The translations under genes and the position numbers were made by a program. The notes under the pieces are model-generated. The model saw only the letters and a list, made by a program, of their open reading frames with translations. It was not told the origin of the DNA and searched no databases. From Segetibacter sp. (GTDB lineage Bacteria > Bacteroidota > Bacteroidia > Chitinophagales > Chitinophagaceae), in assembly GCA_043733905.1 (NCBI GenBank), contig JAYTGA010000299.1, forward strand, positions 85 through 64,084: DNA of 64,000 nucleotides, given 5' to 3'. Below are positions 9,148 to 19,454 of this stretch, in pieces (the stretch's first letter is position 1; the number at the start of each line of letters is the position of its first letter).

Positions 9148-11634
9148 CTAATTTTTCAGCACCTTATCCATGAAGTCAATCTTATCCATCAAATCTTTTG
9201 ATTTGCTGACCATTCTTTTGCTTTCCATTTTTGTTTTTAAGTCCAGGAGTTTTTCATTAACCTCGGTTTTAAATTCAGGTGCAAAACCGCCTATCAAATT
9301 TCGAAGGGCGACAATTTTATTGATGCCTTTTTTGAAGTTTTCAAAATTGGATATTTTGCCAAGATATTTCAGGTAAGGTTCATAATCCTGTGCTTTTTGA
9401 AAAGCATTTTTTCTATCGTATCGGGCAGTCAGCGTATCAAAGTCAGCATCTGTTTTTTTCAACATTTCCACACCTTCAACAGCAGATCCGAGGCGGCCTT
9501 TTTTGTCATTTTGCAAAGAAGGCAATAAGGCTAAAGCAGCCTGCTCATCAAGGGAAGAGAGTGCATCTAAACCCGCACCGGCAACCGAGTATGAAGAATC
9601 TTTGGCGGCAGCCATAAAGATTGACTGATAAGATTGGTTATTCATCTGTGCCAACAAGTCAATTGCATCTGTTCTAACCAATCTTTTCTGATCGTTTTTG
9701 GCAATGTTTTCTATTTTCTTAATGGCCGTTTCGTTTAGCATACCCGGTTTCAGTTTTTGCAATGCCAGTTGCCTGATGTTATAAAACGGATCACTCAATG
9801 CCTCTGTGATCAGTTGAACGGCGGCAGGCTGGTCTGTGTGATCATGTGCATATTCGACAGCTTCTCTGCGGTCAGTATATTTTGCTGCGTGGTGATACTG
9901 GAAAGCATATTCCTCCATCGTTTTGTTTTCTTCTTTTTCCAGAAGCAAATATTTATCGCCGTCAAAGTTGATGAGGTCCGGTTTTGCAGATGCTGCAAAT
10001 GAAAAAGTGTCCGCTTTGTTTTCTAACCACACATTGTATCTCTTCTTGCTTGCTCCATTGTATATGTCTATTGCCACAGGCATTCTAAATGGTTTGTCGC
10101 TCTCCTGTTTTTGCTTTACAATTACAGTCGCTTTTTTGGAAGAATCGTTGTAGCCATAAGTAATGGCCAGCTTGGGGTGGCCGCTCCCATAATACCATTG
10201 GTTCCAGAACCAGTTCATGTCTTTACCTGTGATTTCTTCAAATGCCAACCTTAGTTGATGCGCTTCCCCGTTTTTAAACTGGTTGGTGGTCAGGTAGAGG
10301 TTGAGTGATTTATAAAAAGCACTGTCGCCCACAATATTGCGAAGCATGTACAATATTCTGCCACCCTTTTCATAAGTCACTTTGTCAAACATGTCTTCTT
10401 TGTCGCGGTAATAAAAACGAACAAGATTCTTGTTTTCTCCGCCACTGTTCAGGTAATCTCTCATGTCGCGGTTGTTTCTCCAATCGGCCATTTCACGTCC
10501 ATACTTCCATTCGTCCCAGATGATTTCGCCAAAGTTGGCCATGCTTTCGTTCACGGTCAGGTTGCTCCAGCTTTCAGCAGTCACCAGGTCACCAAACCAT
10601 TGGTGAAACAGTTCGTGAGACACATACTCTTCGTATTTATTTCCATCGGTCAGTTGTCTTGCATTCTGCTGCAGGGCTTCGGTGTGCAGTGTGGCGGAAG
10701 TATTTTCCATAGCACCGCTTACATAATCACGCCCTACCATTTGCGAATATTTTGGCCAGGGATAATCTACACCGAGACGGGTAGAAAAACAAGTGATCAT
10801 TTCCGGTGTAAGACCAAATATTTTGCGGGCAACTTTTTCAAAATCTTTCTCTACATAGTAGTTCACTTCTTTGTTTTTGTAATGGTCTTTTACAATCGAA
10901 AACTCACCCACGCCCATAAAGAAAAGATAGGGAGAGTGAGGTAGATCCATCTTCCAGTTGTCTGTGCGGGTACCGTCTGCATTTTTCTTTTGAGAAATGA
11001 GTAACCCGTTTGACAGTGTCACATATTTTGCAGGAACAGTCATGCTGATTTCCTCTGTCGTTTTTTGGTTGGGTTTGTCAATGGTCGGAAACCATGCAGA
11101 CGAAGCCTCCGTTTCGCCCTGTGTCCAGATCTGTGTCGGCTTGTTTTTATCTATTCCTTTCGGGTTAATGAAGTACAATCCCTTGGCATCCCTGATGGCT
11201 GCGCTGCCTTTGGCTTTCAGATCATCGGGCTTGGCGATATAGTCTATGTAAATGGTATATTTTTCTGTGTTTTTATAAACCCTTCCCAGTTGAATGACCA
11301 ACTGCGCATTGTCCTCATAAGTATATTGAAGAGGTAAGTTTTTGCCATTGCCCATCATCGCCACTTCTTTGATCTCCATTCCTTTTGCATCCAGGCGAAG
11401 GCTATCCGTACTGTAAAAGTGAGGCTTTAGCGTAATCCACGCTTTGCCGTACATGTAGGACTTGTCATAGTCAAACTTCACATCCAGGCGGGTATGCACA
11501 AGGTCGTTGATCTTGTCGGCAGAGGCACGATAGATTTTTTTTGCATTGTCATTCAAAGGCAAACCTTTAAACTGTGCTTTGCTGTCCGCAAAGGATAGAA
11601 GTAGCATAGAAAGAGCGATGGCAACTTTGTTCAT
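9148..11634 (-). CDS. M1 family aminopeptidase with C-terminal HEAT repeats
   Basis: GAMEN exopeptidase motif and HELFH(18x)E zinc motif; signal peptide from ATG 11634. Confidence 0.92.
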   Translation of the reverse strand: MNKVAIALSMLLLSFADSKAQFKGLPLNDNAKKIYRASADKINDLVHTRLDVKFDYDKSYMYGKAWITLKPHFYSTDSLRLDAKGMEIKEVAMMGNGKNLPLQYTYEDNAQLVIQLGRVYKNTEKYTIYIDYIAKPDDLKAKGSAAIRDAKGLYFINPKGIDKNKPTQIWTQGETEASSAWFPTIDKPNQKTTEEISMTVPAKYVTLSNGLLISQKKNADGTRTDNWKMDLPHSPYLFFMGVGEFSIVKDHYKNKEVNYYVEKDFEKVARKIFGLTPEMITCFSTRLGVDYPWPKYSQMVGRDYVSGAMENTSATLHTEALQQNARQLTDGNKYEEYVSHELFHQWFGDLVTAESWSNLTVNESMANFGEIIWDEWKYGREMADWRNNRDMRDYLNSGGENKNLVRFYYRDKEDMFDKVTYEKGGRILYMLRNIVGDSAFYKSLNLYLTTNQFKNGEAHQLRLAFEEITGKDMNWFWNQWYYGSGHPKLAITYGYNDSSKKATVIVKQKQESDKPFRMPVAIDIYNGASKKRYNVWLENKADTFSFAASAKPDLINFDGDKYLLLEKEENKTMEEYAFQYHHAAKYTDRREAVEYAHDHTDQPAAVQLITEALSDPFYNIRQLALQKLKPGMLNETAIKKIENIAKNDQKRLVRTDAIDLLAQMNNQSYQSIFMAAAKDSSYSVAGAGLDALSSLDEQAALALLPSLQNDKKGRLGSAVEGVEMLKKTDADFDTLTARYDRKNAFQKAQDYEPYLKYLGKISNFENFKKGINKIVALRNLIGGFAPEFKTEVNEKLLDLKTKMESKRMVSKSKDLMDKIDFMDKVLKN

Positions 11635-11849
11635 GAAATAGTTTTTCTTTTTTGAAATAGGAGCAAATTTAATCGGTATTGCTTTGCGGATATTACCGCT
11701 TATCAATTATTGAGATTTTTATCAATTGCTCTATATAATATGGAGACAGAGCCAGGTAAAACACGATGAAGTTTGAAGAAACTTTCCTCTACCAGGTTAT
11801 ATAGAGTTGGGGTGGCGAAAACCTTACAAGTTTAATGTGGTATTTAGCA

Positions 11850-11959
11850 GTAGAAATGGCAAAATACTTCTCCGGAGTGGTTTCTAACTTGTAGAAATGG
11901 CAAAATACTTTTCCGGAGTGGTTTCTAACTTGTAGAAATGACAAAATACTTTTCCGAAG
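11850..11959. repeat. 41-bp tandem repeat, ~2.7 copies
   Basis: GTAGAAATGGCAAAATACTTYTCCGGAGTGGTTTCTAACTT starts at 11850, 11891 and 11932 (the last is partial). Confidence 0.9.
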
Positions 11960-12168
11960 CCATTTCCTGACGGGTAAATCATTTCATGATAGAAAAAAGG
12001 GGTGGGAGAAGTGATATAAAACTCAACCATGGGTTCAAACTTCCCAACGGTATTAAATGTAGGAATAGAAACACTGTTTTAACTCTTTACTTTTTGTTTT
12101 TTTTGTGGTTAAAATAGTCTTTTTTCCACCGAAAATAGAGGTAAAAATCATTCATTTCAATCAATTTC

Positions 12169-13344
12169 TTAAACCCTGATATAAATCTTCTTTTTATCCA
12201 GCAAAAAGACAAACAGCCAGTAAAACACAATCATGCAAAACGCATAAATGAGCGAACCTGTTCTTTGATCGCTGCCCACATGTTTGCAAACATGCTCATA
12301 AAACCAAGTGAGTAAAGAAGTGTAAACCGGTTTTCCTTTTTCGTCAAAATGATCGACCCAACGGAGCAATGCCTGCAAACGCTGGAAAAAGAAACTGAAT
12401 GCAAAAATGAACAAAGCATTTTTGCCAAACACATCCAGAAAGCGGCTCCACCGACCCTGGGCCTGCTTAAACTCCAACAGGTAAATCAATGTTCCAATCA
12501 CCATGAGTGCCAGGCCGGTGGTGTAAACAACATAGCTGCTGGTCCATATTTTTTTGTTGATGGGGAAAACCATGTCCCAGCAAAACCCAACGAAAATGAG
12601 GAGACTTCCTGCAATGAAGAGGTGCGACAACATATCCCAGGCATGTCCCGCAGAAGGCGGGGTTTTCCCTTTTTCACGAATATATTTTCCTGCAAAAAAC
12701 CCACCCACCACCTGCACAATTGCTGACAGACTACTGGTAATTCCTTCGGGGTCAAAAGGAACGCCTTCGCCTTTGTACAAATGATTTTCGCCCAAAATGG
12801 CCTTGTCCCAGGCCGTGCCGAAATAACCCGAAAAGCTGTAGGGATTGCCATGGTGGCCGAGTGTATAGCAAAGCATCCAGTAAACCAGGAGGATGACGAA
12901 GCTAATGATGAAAGCCATTTTCGGCTTAAAAAAATAAACAATCAGCGAAGCAAAAAAATAGCAAACTGCAATCCGCTGAAGCACACCAAAAATTCTGATA
13001 TTTCCCCATTGCTTAAGAATCAAATGGTTGTTTTCATCCCATTTCACAAACGGATGCCAGTTGAGAAACAAGCCGATCAAAAAAATAAGAGCGGTGCGGA
13101 TGATTATTTTTTTAAGAAAATAAGCGTTCCCTTTTTCTATGAGCCTTGGCATTACAAACGCCATTGCATTACCCACAGCAAAGAGGAAGAATGGAAAAAC
13201 CAGATCAGTTGGTGTGCAGCCGTGCCACTCTGCATGTTCAAAAGGCGTGTAAATGTGCGACCAGCTACCCGGATTGTTGACCAATATCATGAGTGCGACC
13301 GTTGCACCCCTGAACACATCAAGAGAATAGTATCGGTTATTCAT
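12169..13344 (-). CDS. Heparan-alpha-glucosaminide N-acetyltransferase-like membrane acyltransferase (DUF5009/DUF1624)
   Basis: SLDVFRG.TVALMILVNNPG, HAEWHGCTPTDLVFPFFLF, GVLQRI, FDPEG and PINKKIWTSSYV motifs. Confidence 0.9.
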   Translation of the reverse strand: MNNRYYSLDVFRGATVALMILVNNPGSWSHIYTPFEHAEWHGCTPTDLVFPFFLFAVGNAMAFVMPRLIEKGNAYFLKKIIIRTALIFLIGLFLNWHPFVKWDENNHLILKQWGNIRIFGVLQRIAVCYFFASLIVYFFKPKMAFIISFVILLVYWMLCYTLGHHGNPYSFSGYFGTAWDKAILGENHLYKGEGVPFDPEGITSSLSAIVQVVGGFFAGKYIREKGKTPPSAGHAWDMLSHLFIAGSLLIFVGFCWDMVFPINKKIWTSSYVVYTTGLALMVIGTLIYLLEFKQAQGRWSRFLDVFGKNALFIFAFSFFFQRLQALLRWVDHFDEKGKPVYTSLLTWFYEHVCKHVGSDQRTGSLIYAFCMIVFYWLFVFLLDKKKIYIRV

Positions 13345-13634
13345 TTTAGTTTGATAAGGTGGGACTGTAAGAAAAGTTTTGCGTTAAAGTAAATGAATGT
13401 CTGCTTCAAAACTGAGGTTGAATATAAAACAGATAATTGAAGTTAAAGACTAAAGTTGAAAGTCGTTTTGACATGTCCTTTTCTGCTTTCATTATGCAGC
13501 TGATTTTGAGTTTATCAAACCTTACTTTTGTTTCTTGATAGATATTTTTACAACCAATTGTTGGCGGGAAAAACAATTTGCCCTAATTTGTCACGGCAAT
13601 AAAAAAACATTTTCTTGAAAACTAAAAGACAACT

Positions 13635-14366
13635 ATGAGAAGAGAACTCACTTCGTGGTACAGCCCGGCACTTAACAAAGAAATGCCGATCGCATCTTAT
13701 GGTCATTTCGGGTTTGCAGTGCTGCTCATTCCGACGGCGGCGGCGGACTACCTGGAGTACGAACGTTTCCAATTGCTTGACTGCCTTGCACCCATGATTG
13801 ACAGCGGAAAATTTCGTGTATTCAGTATTGATAGTATCAACAAGGAAAGCTGGATGAACAATAATATGGAACCATCTCATAAAGCCATCAGGCAAAACCA
13901 GTTCAACGAATATGTGTTTAACGAAGTCATTCCTTTCATCAGGAATGCCACCAGCAGCGATACGTTTATTTACACATCAGGAGCATCTTTTGGTGCGCTA
14001 CATTCCATGAATTTATTTTTGAAAAGACCTGATATTATTAACGGAGCTATTTCAATGAGTGGTGTTTATAACCTGGCAGAATACACCAAAGGTTTTTGGG
14101 ACGACCAGGTTTACTTCAACAGCCCCGAACACTACATTGCCAATCTGAGCGATCATTTTCATCTTGAAAAAATAAGGGCAAGCCATCACATACACATTTA
14201 CACAGGCAGCGGCGATTATGAAGACCCGGATGCCTCCAGAAGATTTGCCAAACTTTTGTTTGACAAAGGCATCTGGTGCGATCTTGATGTGTGGGGACAA
14301 GACATTAAACACGACTGGGAAACCTGGCGTAAAATGCTGCCTTACATTTTGGCAAATAAGTTTTAA
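13635..14366 (+). CDS. Putative esterase (alpha/beta hydrolase-fold)
   Basis: YGHFG..LL.PTA, GASFGALH nucleophile and HDW catalytic His motifs. Confidence 0.85.
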   Translation: MRRELTSWYSPALNKEMPIASYGHFGFAVLLIPTAAADYLEYERFQLLDCLAPMIDSGKFRVFSIDSINKESWMNNNMEPSHKAIRQNQFNEYVFNEVIPFIRNATSSDTFIYTSGASFGALHSMNLFLKRPDIINGAISMSGVYNLAEYTKGFWDDQVYFNSPEHYIANLSDHFHLEKIRASHHIHIYTGSGDYEDPDASRRFAKLLFDKGIWCDLDVWGQDIKHDWETWRKMLPYILANKF

Positions 14367-14371
14367 TTAAA

Positions 14372-14400
14372 AAAAGTCCCGTCTACTCAGCGGGACTTTT
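14372..14400 (+). terminator. Intrinsic terminator
   Basis: AAAAGTCCCG-N9-CGGGACTTTT just downstream of the esterase. Confidence 0.75.
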
Positions 14401-14443
14401 CCTTTCAGAAAATTTTGTTTAAAATTGATTTCTAATTTCATTT

Positions 14444-15274
14444 ATGCTACCGTTCTTTTCATTCAGCACCATACTGATCATCATGAACATTATCACGTCG
14501 TACCGTGGTTTTAAAGATCCGTTTTTCTACGACAGGTTTTCGTTTAGGGTAGATGCTGTTTTAGTTCAGAAAGACTATAAAAGGCTGGTGACTTCTGGGT
14601 TTCTGCATGTGAACTGGACACATCTTGTATTCAACATGCTGGCCTTATTTTTTTTTAGCGGCAGCGTGGAGAGTTACCTCGGTCCGCTGAAATTTTTATT
14701 GATTTATGCAGCAGGCCTGGCCGGGGGAAATTTGCTCAGTCTGTTCATTCACCGGTTTTCCGGCGACTACAGTTCTGTAGGTGCTTCAGGTGCCATCAAT
14801 GCGGTCATGTTTGCTGCCATTGCTTTGTTCCCGGGTATGAGCATTGGCTTGTTCTTTTTACCCGCCATACCAGGCTGGCTTTTTGGACTTGTTTATGTCA
14901 TCATTTCCATTTACGGAATCCGCTCCCGCAGCGAGAACATTGGCCACGATGCTCACCTCGGCGGTGGACTGACGGGTGTGTTGGTTGCCATTCTTTTTTC
15001 GCCATCCATCCTGCTCACCAACACTTTCACCATTCTCATTATTGCCGTTCCGGCAATCGCTTTTATCGCTTTCATCTTTTACAAACCACAGGCACTTCTC
15101 ATTGACAACTTGTTTTTTAAAAACCACCAAAACTACACAGTAGAGGACAGGTATAACGCACAAAAGCGGGACAGGCAAAAGGAACTGGACAGGCTGTTGG
15201 AAAAAATTCACAATAGGGGAATCAACAGCCTTTCTAAAAAGGAAAGGGAAACGTTGGAAGAATATTCGAGATAG
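14444..15274 (+). CDS. Rhomboid intramembrane serine protease with C-terminal DUF6576-like tail
   Basis: GFLH.N.THL.FNM, GASGA and GHDAHLGG motifs; tail LDRLLEKIH..G..SLS..E. Confidence 0.9.
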   Translation: MLPFFSFSTILIIMNIITSYRGFKDPFFYDRFSFRVDAVLVQKDYKRLVTSGFLHVNWTHLVFNMLALFFFSGSVESYLGPLKFLLIYAAGLAGGNLLSLFIHRFSGDYSSVGASGAINAVMFAAIALFPGMSIGLFFLPAIPGWLFGLVYVIISIYGIRSRSENIGHDAHLGGGLTGVLVAILFSPSILLTNTFTILIIAVPAIAFIAFIFYKPQALLIDNLFFKNHQNYTVEDRYNAQKRDRQKELDRLLEKIHNRGINSLSKKERETLEEYSR

Positions 15275-15277
15275 AAA

Positions 15278-15421
15278 TCAGGATGTGCTGTTCAACAAAA
15301 TGTAAAGACTGAAAGCACCCAATAATAACACAGCAAGAATGACCAGGTAAAGGACTGAATTTTTCTTGCCAATTTCAACACCTGCAACCATCGTTTCCAG
15401 CCAATTCGATACCATTTTCAT
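15278..15421 (-). CDS. Small single-pass membrane protein (47 aa), missed by the ORF track
   Basis: MKMVSNWLETMVAGVEIGKKNSVLYLVILAVLLLGAFSLYILLNSTS*, with one clear hydrophobic helix. Confidence 0.4.
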   Translation of the reverse strand: MKMVSNWLETMVAGVEIGKKNSVLYLVILAVLLLGAFSLYILLNSTS

Positions 15422-15586
15422 ACAGAAGCAGTTTTTTCTCTACTAAATGTAGAGCGTAATGTTCTGCTGGTTGTGTAGTGTGCAGTTCTTTTGTAAAGTG
15501 GTTTGGCTTTTCAACATATAAATACGAAGAGAAATTTGCACTGAGACAAAATCTGGTGGAAAATAGATTTCAATCAATTCGGCTCT

Positions 15587-18500
15587 TTACATACTCCTCC
15601 TATACTGCCCACCCACTTCATACAAGGCATTGGTGATCTGACCAAGCGAGCAGTGTTTGACCGTTTCCATCAGTTCCGCAAACAGGTTGCCGTTGTTGAT
15701 GGCCGTTGTGCGGAGCCTTTGCAACATGGCGGCACTGTTGGCTTCGTTGCGTTGCTTAAAGGCGGTTAAGTTTTGAATCTGTAGTTCCTTTTCTTCGGTC
15801 GTGCTGCGGATGACTTCGCCTGGCAATACTGTTGGGCTACCGTTTTTATTAAGAAATGTATTGACACCTATTAGAGGCAATTCTCCGGTGTGTTTTTGAT
15901 GCTCGTAATAGAGGCTTTCTTCCTGAATTTTATTACGCTGATACATTCGTTCCATTGCACCCAACACACCGCCTCTCTCGTTGATGCGGTCAAACTCTGC
16001 CAGCACCGCCTGCTCAACCAGGTCGGTCAGTTCTTCTATCAGAAAACTGCCCTGGTTGGGGTTTTCGTTTTTGGCTGTTCCCAGCTCACGGTTAATGATT
16101 AACTGGATGGCCATGGCACGGCGCACACTTTCTTCGGTTGGTGTGGTAATGGCCTCATCGTAGGCATTGGTGTGCAGGCTGTTGCAATTATCATAAATGG
16201 CATAAAGAGCCTGCAAAGTTGTGCGAATGTCGTTGAAATCTATCTCCTGTGCATGAAGGCTGCGGCCACTGGTTTGAATATGGTATTTCAGCATCTGGCT
16301 GCGCTTGTTCGCCTTGTATTTATATTTCATTGCCTTGGCCCAAATGCGCCTTGCTACACGGCCTATCACACTGTACTCCGGATCCATACCATTGCTAAAA
16401 AAGAAAGAAAGATTAGGTGCAAAATCGTCTATGCTCATGCCACGGCTCATGTAGTATTCCACATAAGTAAAACCGTTTGACAATGTAAAGGCAAGTTGGG
16501 TAATGGGGTTGGCTCCCGCCTCGGCAATGTGGTAGCCGCTGATGCTGACGCTATAGAAATTTCTGACCTTATTTTCTATAAAATACTCCTGCACATCGCC
16601 CATCAATTTCAGCGCAAATTCAGTGCTGAAAATGCAGGTGTTCTGCGCCTGGTCTTCTTTCAGAATATCTGCCTGCACAGTTCCCCTCACCTGGCTCAAC
16701 GCTTCGGCTTTGAGGGTTGCATACACATCAGCAGGCAATATTTCATCGCCGGATAATCCCAATAATTTTAAGCCCAGCCCATTGTTTCCTTCCGGCAATC
16801 CATTTGGAAAAGATTTGTTGAAATAAATAGGTTTTTTTGTGGAAGAATATTTTTCGTGAAAGCATTTTTCAACCAATTCCCACTGATTATTTTCTGTGAT
16901 CCATTTCTCACACAACTGGTCAATGGCTGCATTCATGAAGAAAGCCAGCAGCATAGGCGCCGGTCCATTAATGGTCATGCTGACGGAGGTAAGAGGGTTG
17001 CAGAGGTCAAAGCCACTGTATAGTTTTTTGGCATCATCCACGTTGGCAATACTCACACCGCTATTACCTATTTTGCCATAAATATCTGGACGAATTGCCG
17101 GGTCTTCGCCATAGAGGGTCACACTATCAAAAGCGGTACTCAACCTTTTGGCAGGTTGCCCCAGCGACACATAGTGAAACCTCCGGTTGGTGCGTTCTGG
17201 ACCTCCTTCGCCTGCAAACATGCGGGTAGGGTCTTCGCCTTCTCTTTTTAATGGAAACACACCTGCGGTAAATGGGAAGTGACCCGGTGCATTTTCCTGG
17301 CCCTGCCAGGTGAGCAGATCGCCCCAATCTTTATAGGTTGGCAGCAATACTTTGGGTATACGGGTTCCGCTAAGGCTGGTGGAAAACATTTCCTGTTTAA
17401 TCACCTTGTTGCGCACATTGTATTCGTAAAAGTCTTTGCTGTATTCTTTTACTTTCAGCGGCCAGTTGGTGACCAGTTTTTTAGCAACGGGTGTCAGTTG
17501 ATTGGTGTAAAAATCAAGCTGCTGCTGAATGGCTGCCATTACTTCATCTTTGTTGTCCAGGGTTGAAACCTGCAAAGTCTGCATAGTTCCATTCAGTTGA
17601 TACAAACGCGAAGCAATGGCTGATTGATCTTTCACAAGCTGGTCATATTCGCTGATGGCAGCAGATATTTCACCAAGGTAGCGAACCCTTCCGCTAGGGA
17701 TGATGGCTGTGGAAACTTTGGCGGTCACGCCGACAGTATAAGAGCCAAAATCAACACCTGTTTTAGCAGTCACCGTTTGCATTATTTTTTCAAATAAATG
17801 GTTGACGCCTTCATCGTTGAACTTGCTTGCAATGGAACCAACAACGGGCAGTTCTTCATTTTTGGCAGCAAAGAGTTTGTGGTTTCGTTTGTATTGTTTG
17901 CACACATCGTTGTAGGCATCCATGGCTCCAGCTTTGTCAAACTTGTTGATGCAAATAACGTCTGCATAGTCCAGCATGTTGATTTTTTCCAGTTGTGATG
18001 CTGCGCCATATTCGGGGGTCATGACATACATGCTCACATCGCAAAAGTCGAGGATGCTGGCATCACTTTGTCCCACACCGGCACTTTCCAAAATGATGAA
18101 ATCATAGTGCTGGCTTTGCACAATATCAATTGCTTCCTGAACATATTTGCTGAGTGCAACATCACTTTCACGGGTGGCAAGGCTGCGCATGTATGCTCGT
18201 GGGTGGTGGATAGAGTTCATCCGTATTCTGTCACCAAGCAATGCACCGCCGGTTTTCTTTTTACTTGGATCCACGGAAATGACTGCAATTGTTTTATCGG
18301 TAAAAGAATGCAAATATCTCCGTACGATTTCGTCAGTCACGGATGATTTCCCTGCACCACCGGTACCGGTGATGCCGAGCACTGGGCTGTGTGAAACAGC
18401 GGCTGTTTCTTGTTTTATTTGATGAAGAAGGTTCTCATAACTTTCACTTGCCTCAGCAAGTGTGATAGCCCTTGCAATTCTTCTGATGTCTCTTGCTTCG

Positions 18501-19000
18501 CCGAGTGGCAGTTTCCCATTCCATGTTTCAGCAGCCTTCCAGAAATGTGCGGTTGCAGGATTGTTATTATCAGGCGCAGAAATGCTGCAACGGTTAATCA
18601 CATCTTCAATCATTCCCTCAAGCCCCATGTGACGGCCATCGTCAGGACTATAAATGCGGGTGATACCATAGTCCTGCAGTTCCTTTATTTCCGCCGGAAG
18701 AATAGTGCCGCCGCCGCCACCAAATATTTTGATGTGGCCGCAACCGTTTTCATTCAGCAGGTCTTTCATGTACTTAAAAAACTCAACGTGGCCGCCCTGG
18801 TAGCTGGTAATGGCAATGCCCTGCGCATCTTCTTCAATGGCACATTCTACTATTTCTGCCACGCTGCGGTTATGCCCCAGGTGTATGATTTCAGCACCCA
18901 TAGACTGCATAATGCGGCGCATCACATTGATGGCTGCATCGTGTCCATCGAAAAGAGAAGCTGCGGTGACTATTCTTACTTTATGGGTGGTGGGGGTCAT
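15587..19000 (-). CDS. icmF: Fused isobutyryl-CoA mutase / MeaB-like GTPase (IcmF-type methylmalonyl-CoA mutase family)
   Basis: N-terminal B12-binding [10 protein letters not shown]-loop GTGGAGKSS, and C-terminal mutase barrel ([17 protein letters not shown]). Confidence 0.92.
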   Translation of the reverse strand: MTPTTHKVRIVTAASLFDGHDAAINVMRRIMQSMGAEIIHLGHNRSVAEIVECAIEEDAQGIAITSYQGGHVEFFKYMKDLLNENGCGHIKIFGGGGGTILPAEIKELQDYGITRIYSPDDGRHMGLEGMIEDVINRCSISAPDNNNPATAHFWKAAETWNGKLPLGEARDIRRIARAITLAEASESYENLLHQIKQETAAVSHSPVLGITGTGGAGKSSVTDEIVRRYLHSFTDKTIAVISVDPSKKKTGGALLGDRIRMNSIHHPRAYMRSLATRESDVALSKYVQEAIDIVQSQHYDFIILESAGVGQSDASILDFCDVSMYVMTPEYGAASQLEKINMLDYADVICINKFDKAGAMDAYNDVCKQYKRNHKLFAAKNEELPVVGSIASKFNDEGVNHLFEKIMQTVTAKTGVDFGSYTVGVTAKVSTAIIPSGRVRYLGEISAAISEYDQLVKDQSAIASRLYQLNGTMQTLQVSTLDNKDEVMAAIQQQLDFYTNQLTPVAKKLVTNWPLKVKEYSKDFYEYNVRNKVIKQEMFSTSLSGTRIPKVLLPTYKDWGDLLTWQGQENAPGHFPFTAGVFPLKREGEDPTRMFAGEGGPERTNRRFHYVSLGQPAKRLSTAFDSVTLYGEDPAIRPDIYGKIGNSGVSIANVDDAKKLYSGFDLCNPLTSVSMTINGPAPMLLAFFMNAAIDQLCEKWITENNQWELVEKCFHEKYSSTKKPIYFNKSFPNGLPEGNNGLGLKLLGLSGDEILPADVYATLKAEALSQVRGTVQADILKEDQAQNTCIFSTEFALKLMGDVQEYFIENKVRNFYSVSISGYHIAEAGANPITQLAFTLSNGFTYVEYYMSRGMSIDDFAPNLSFFFSNGMDPEYSVIGRVARRIWAKAMKYKYKANKRSQMLKYHIQTSGRSLHAQEIDFNDIRTTLQALYAIYDNCNSLHTNAYDEAITTPTEESVRRAMAIQLIINRELGTAKNENPNQGSFLIEELTDLVEQAVLAEFDRINERGGVLGAMERMYQRNKIQEESLYYEHQKHTGELPLIGVNTFLNKNGSPTVLPGEVIRSTTEEKELQIQNLTAFKQRNEANSAAMLQRLRTTAINNGNLFAELMETVKHCSLGQITNALYEVGGQYRRSM

Positions 19001-19098
19001 ATTTGTGCTTTTGAAACGATTTCTGAAAAACTAAGCATTGCACAATCAGAGGCCATTTTCATTCTGAGAAAAATTGACCCAATATTGGCAGGCAGGTG

Positions 19099-19106
19099 CA
19101 AAATTA
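19099..19106 (-). promoter_or_regulatory. Bacteroidota -7 promoter box TAATTTTG upstream of icmF
   Basis: Exact TAnnTTTG(CA) about 100 nt upstream of the start. Confidence 0.55.
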
Positions 19107-19454
19107 AGGTGTTTTGGGAAGGGATTGGGAGGGAGAAAGTAAATTGGAAAGGAGAACTATAGAATGTGAATAGAATTTTGTGTTGAACTTTGGTAATAAA
19201 GGCAGGAAAACGAGTTGCGACCAAAAATAGTGTGCTATTGCATTTACAAATTGAGAAACAAAGATTGGTAATTTCATGCCTCAAATCCAAAGAGTATTCT
19301 GAATAGTTACGTTCAACAAAGGAGTTGAAATAAAATTGATTGAAAAATTAGCATTTTAAATAAACTAACCTAAAATGAATAGTTAGACCTATTCACTTTA
19401 TATTGCTACCGATATGCTTTTTGTCAATACTGCAAAGACAAATTAAAATTATAA

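Noticed and set aside
11850-11959. Mini-CRISPR
   Set aside because: Units are head-to-tail with no unique spacers.
18410-19162. 250-aa plus-strand ORF and the many other short ORFs antisense to long genes (e.g. 1196-1813, 12781-13392, 55987-56649, 60003-60596)
   Set aside because: They are shadow frames of well-supported genes with no recognisable motifs.
19000-19450. Cobalamin riboswitch upstream of icmF
   Set aside because: No B12-box (GGGAA/GCCACTG) motifs are visible, and the promoter box is only ~100 nt from the start.
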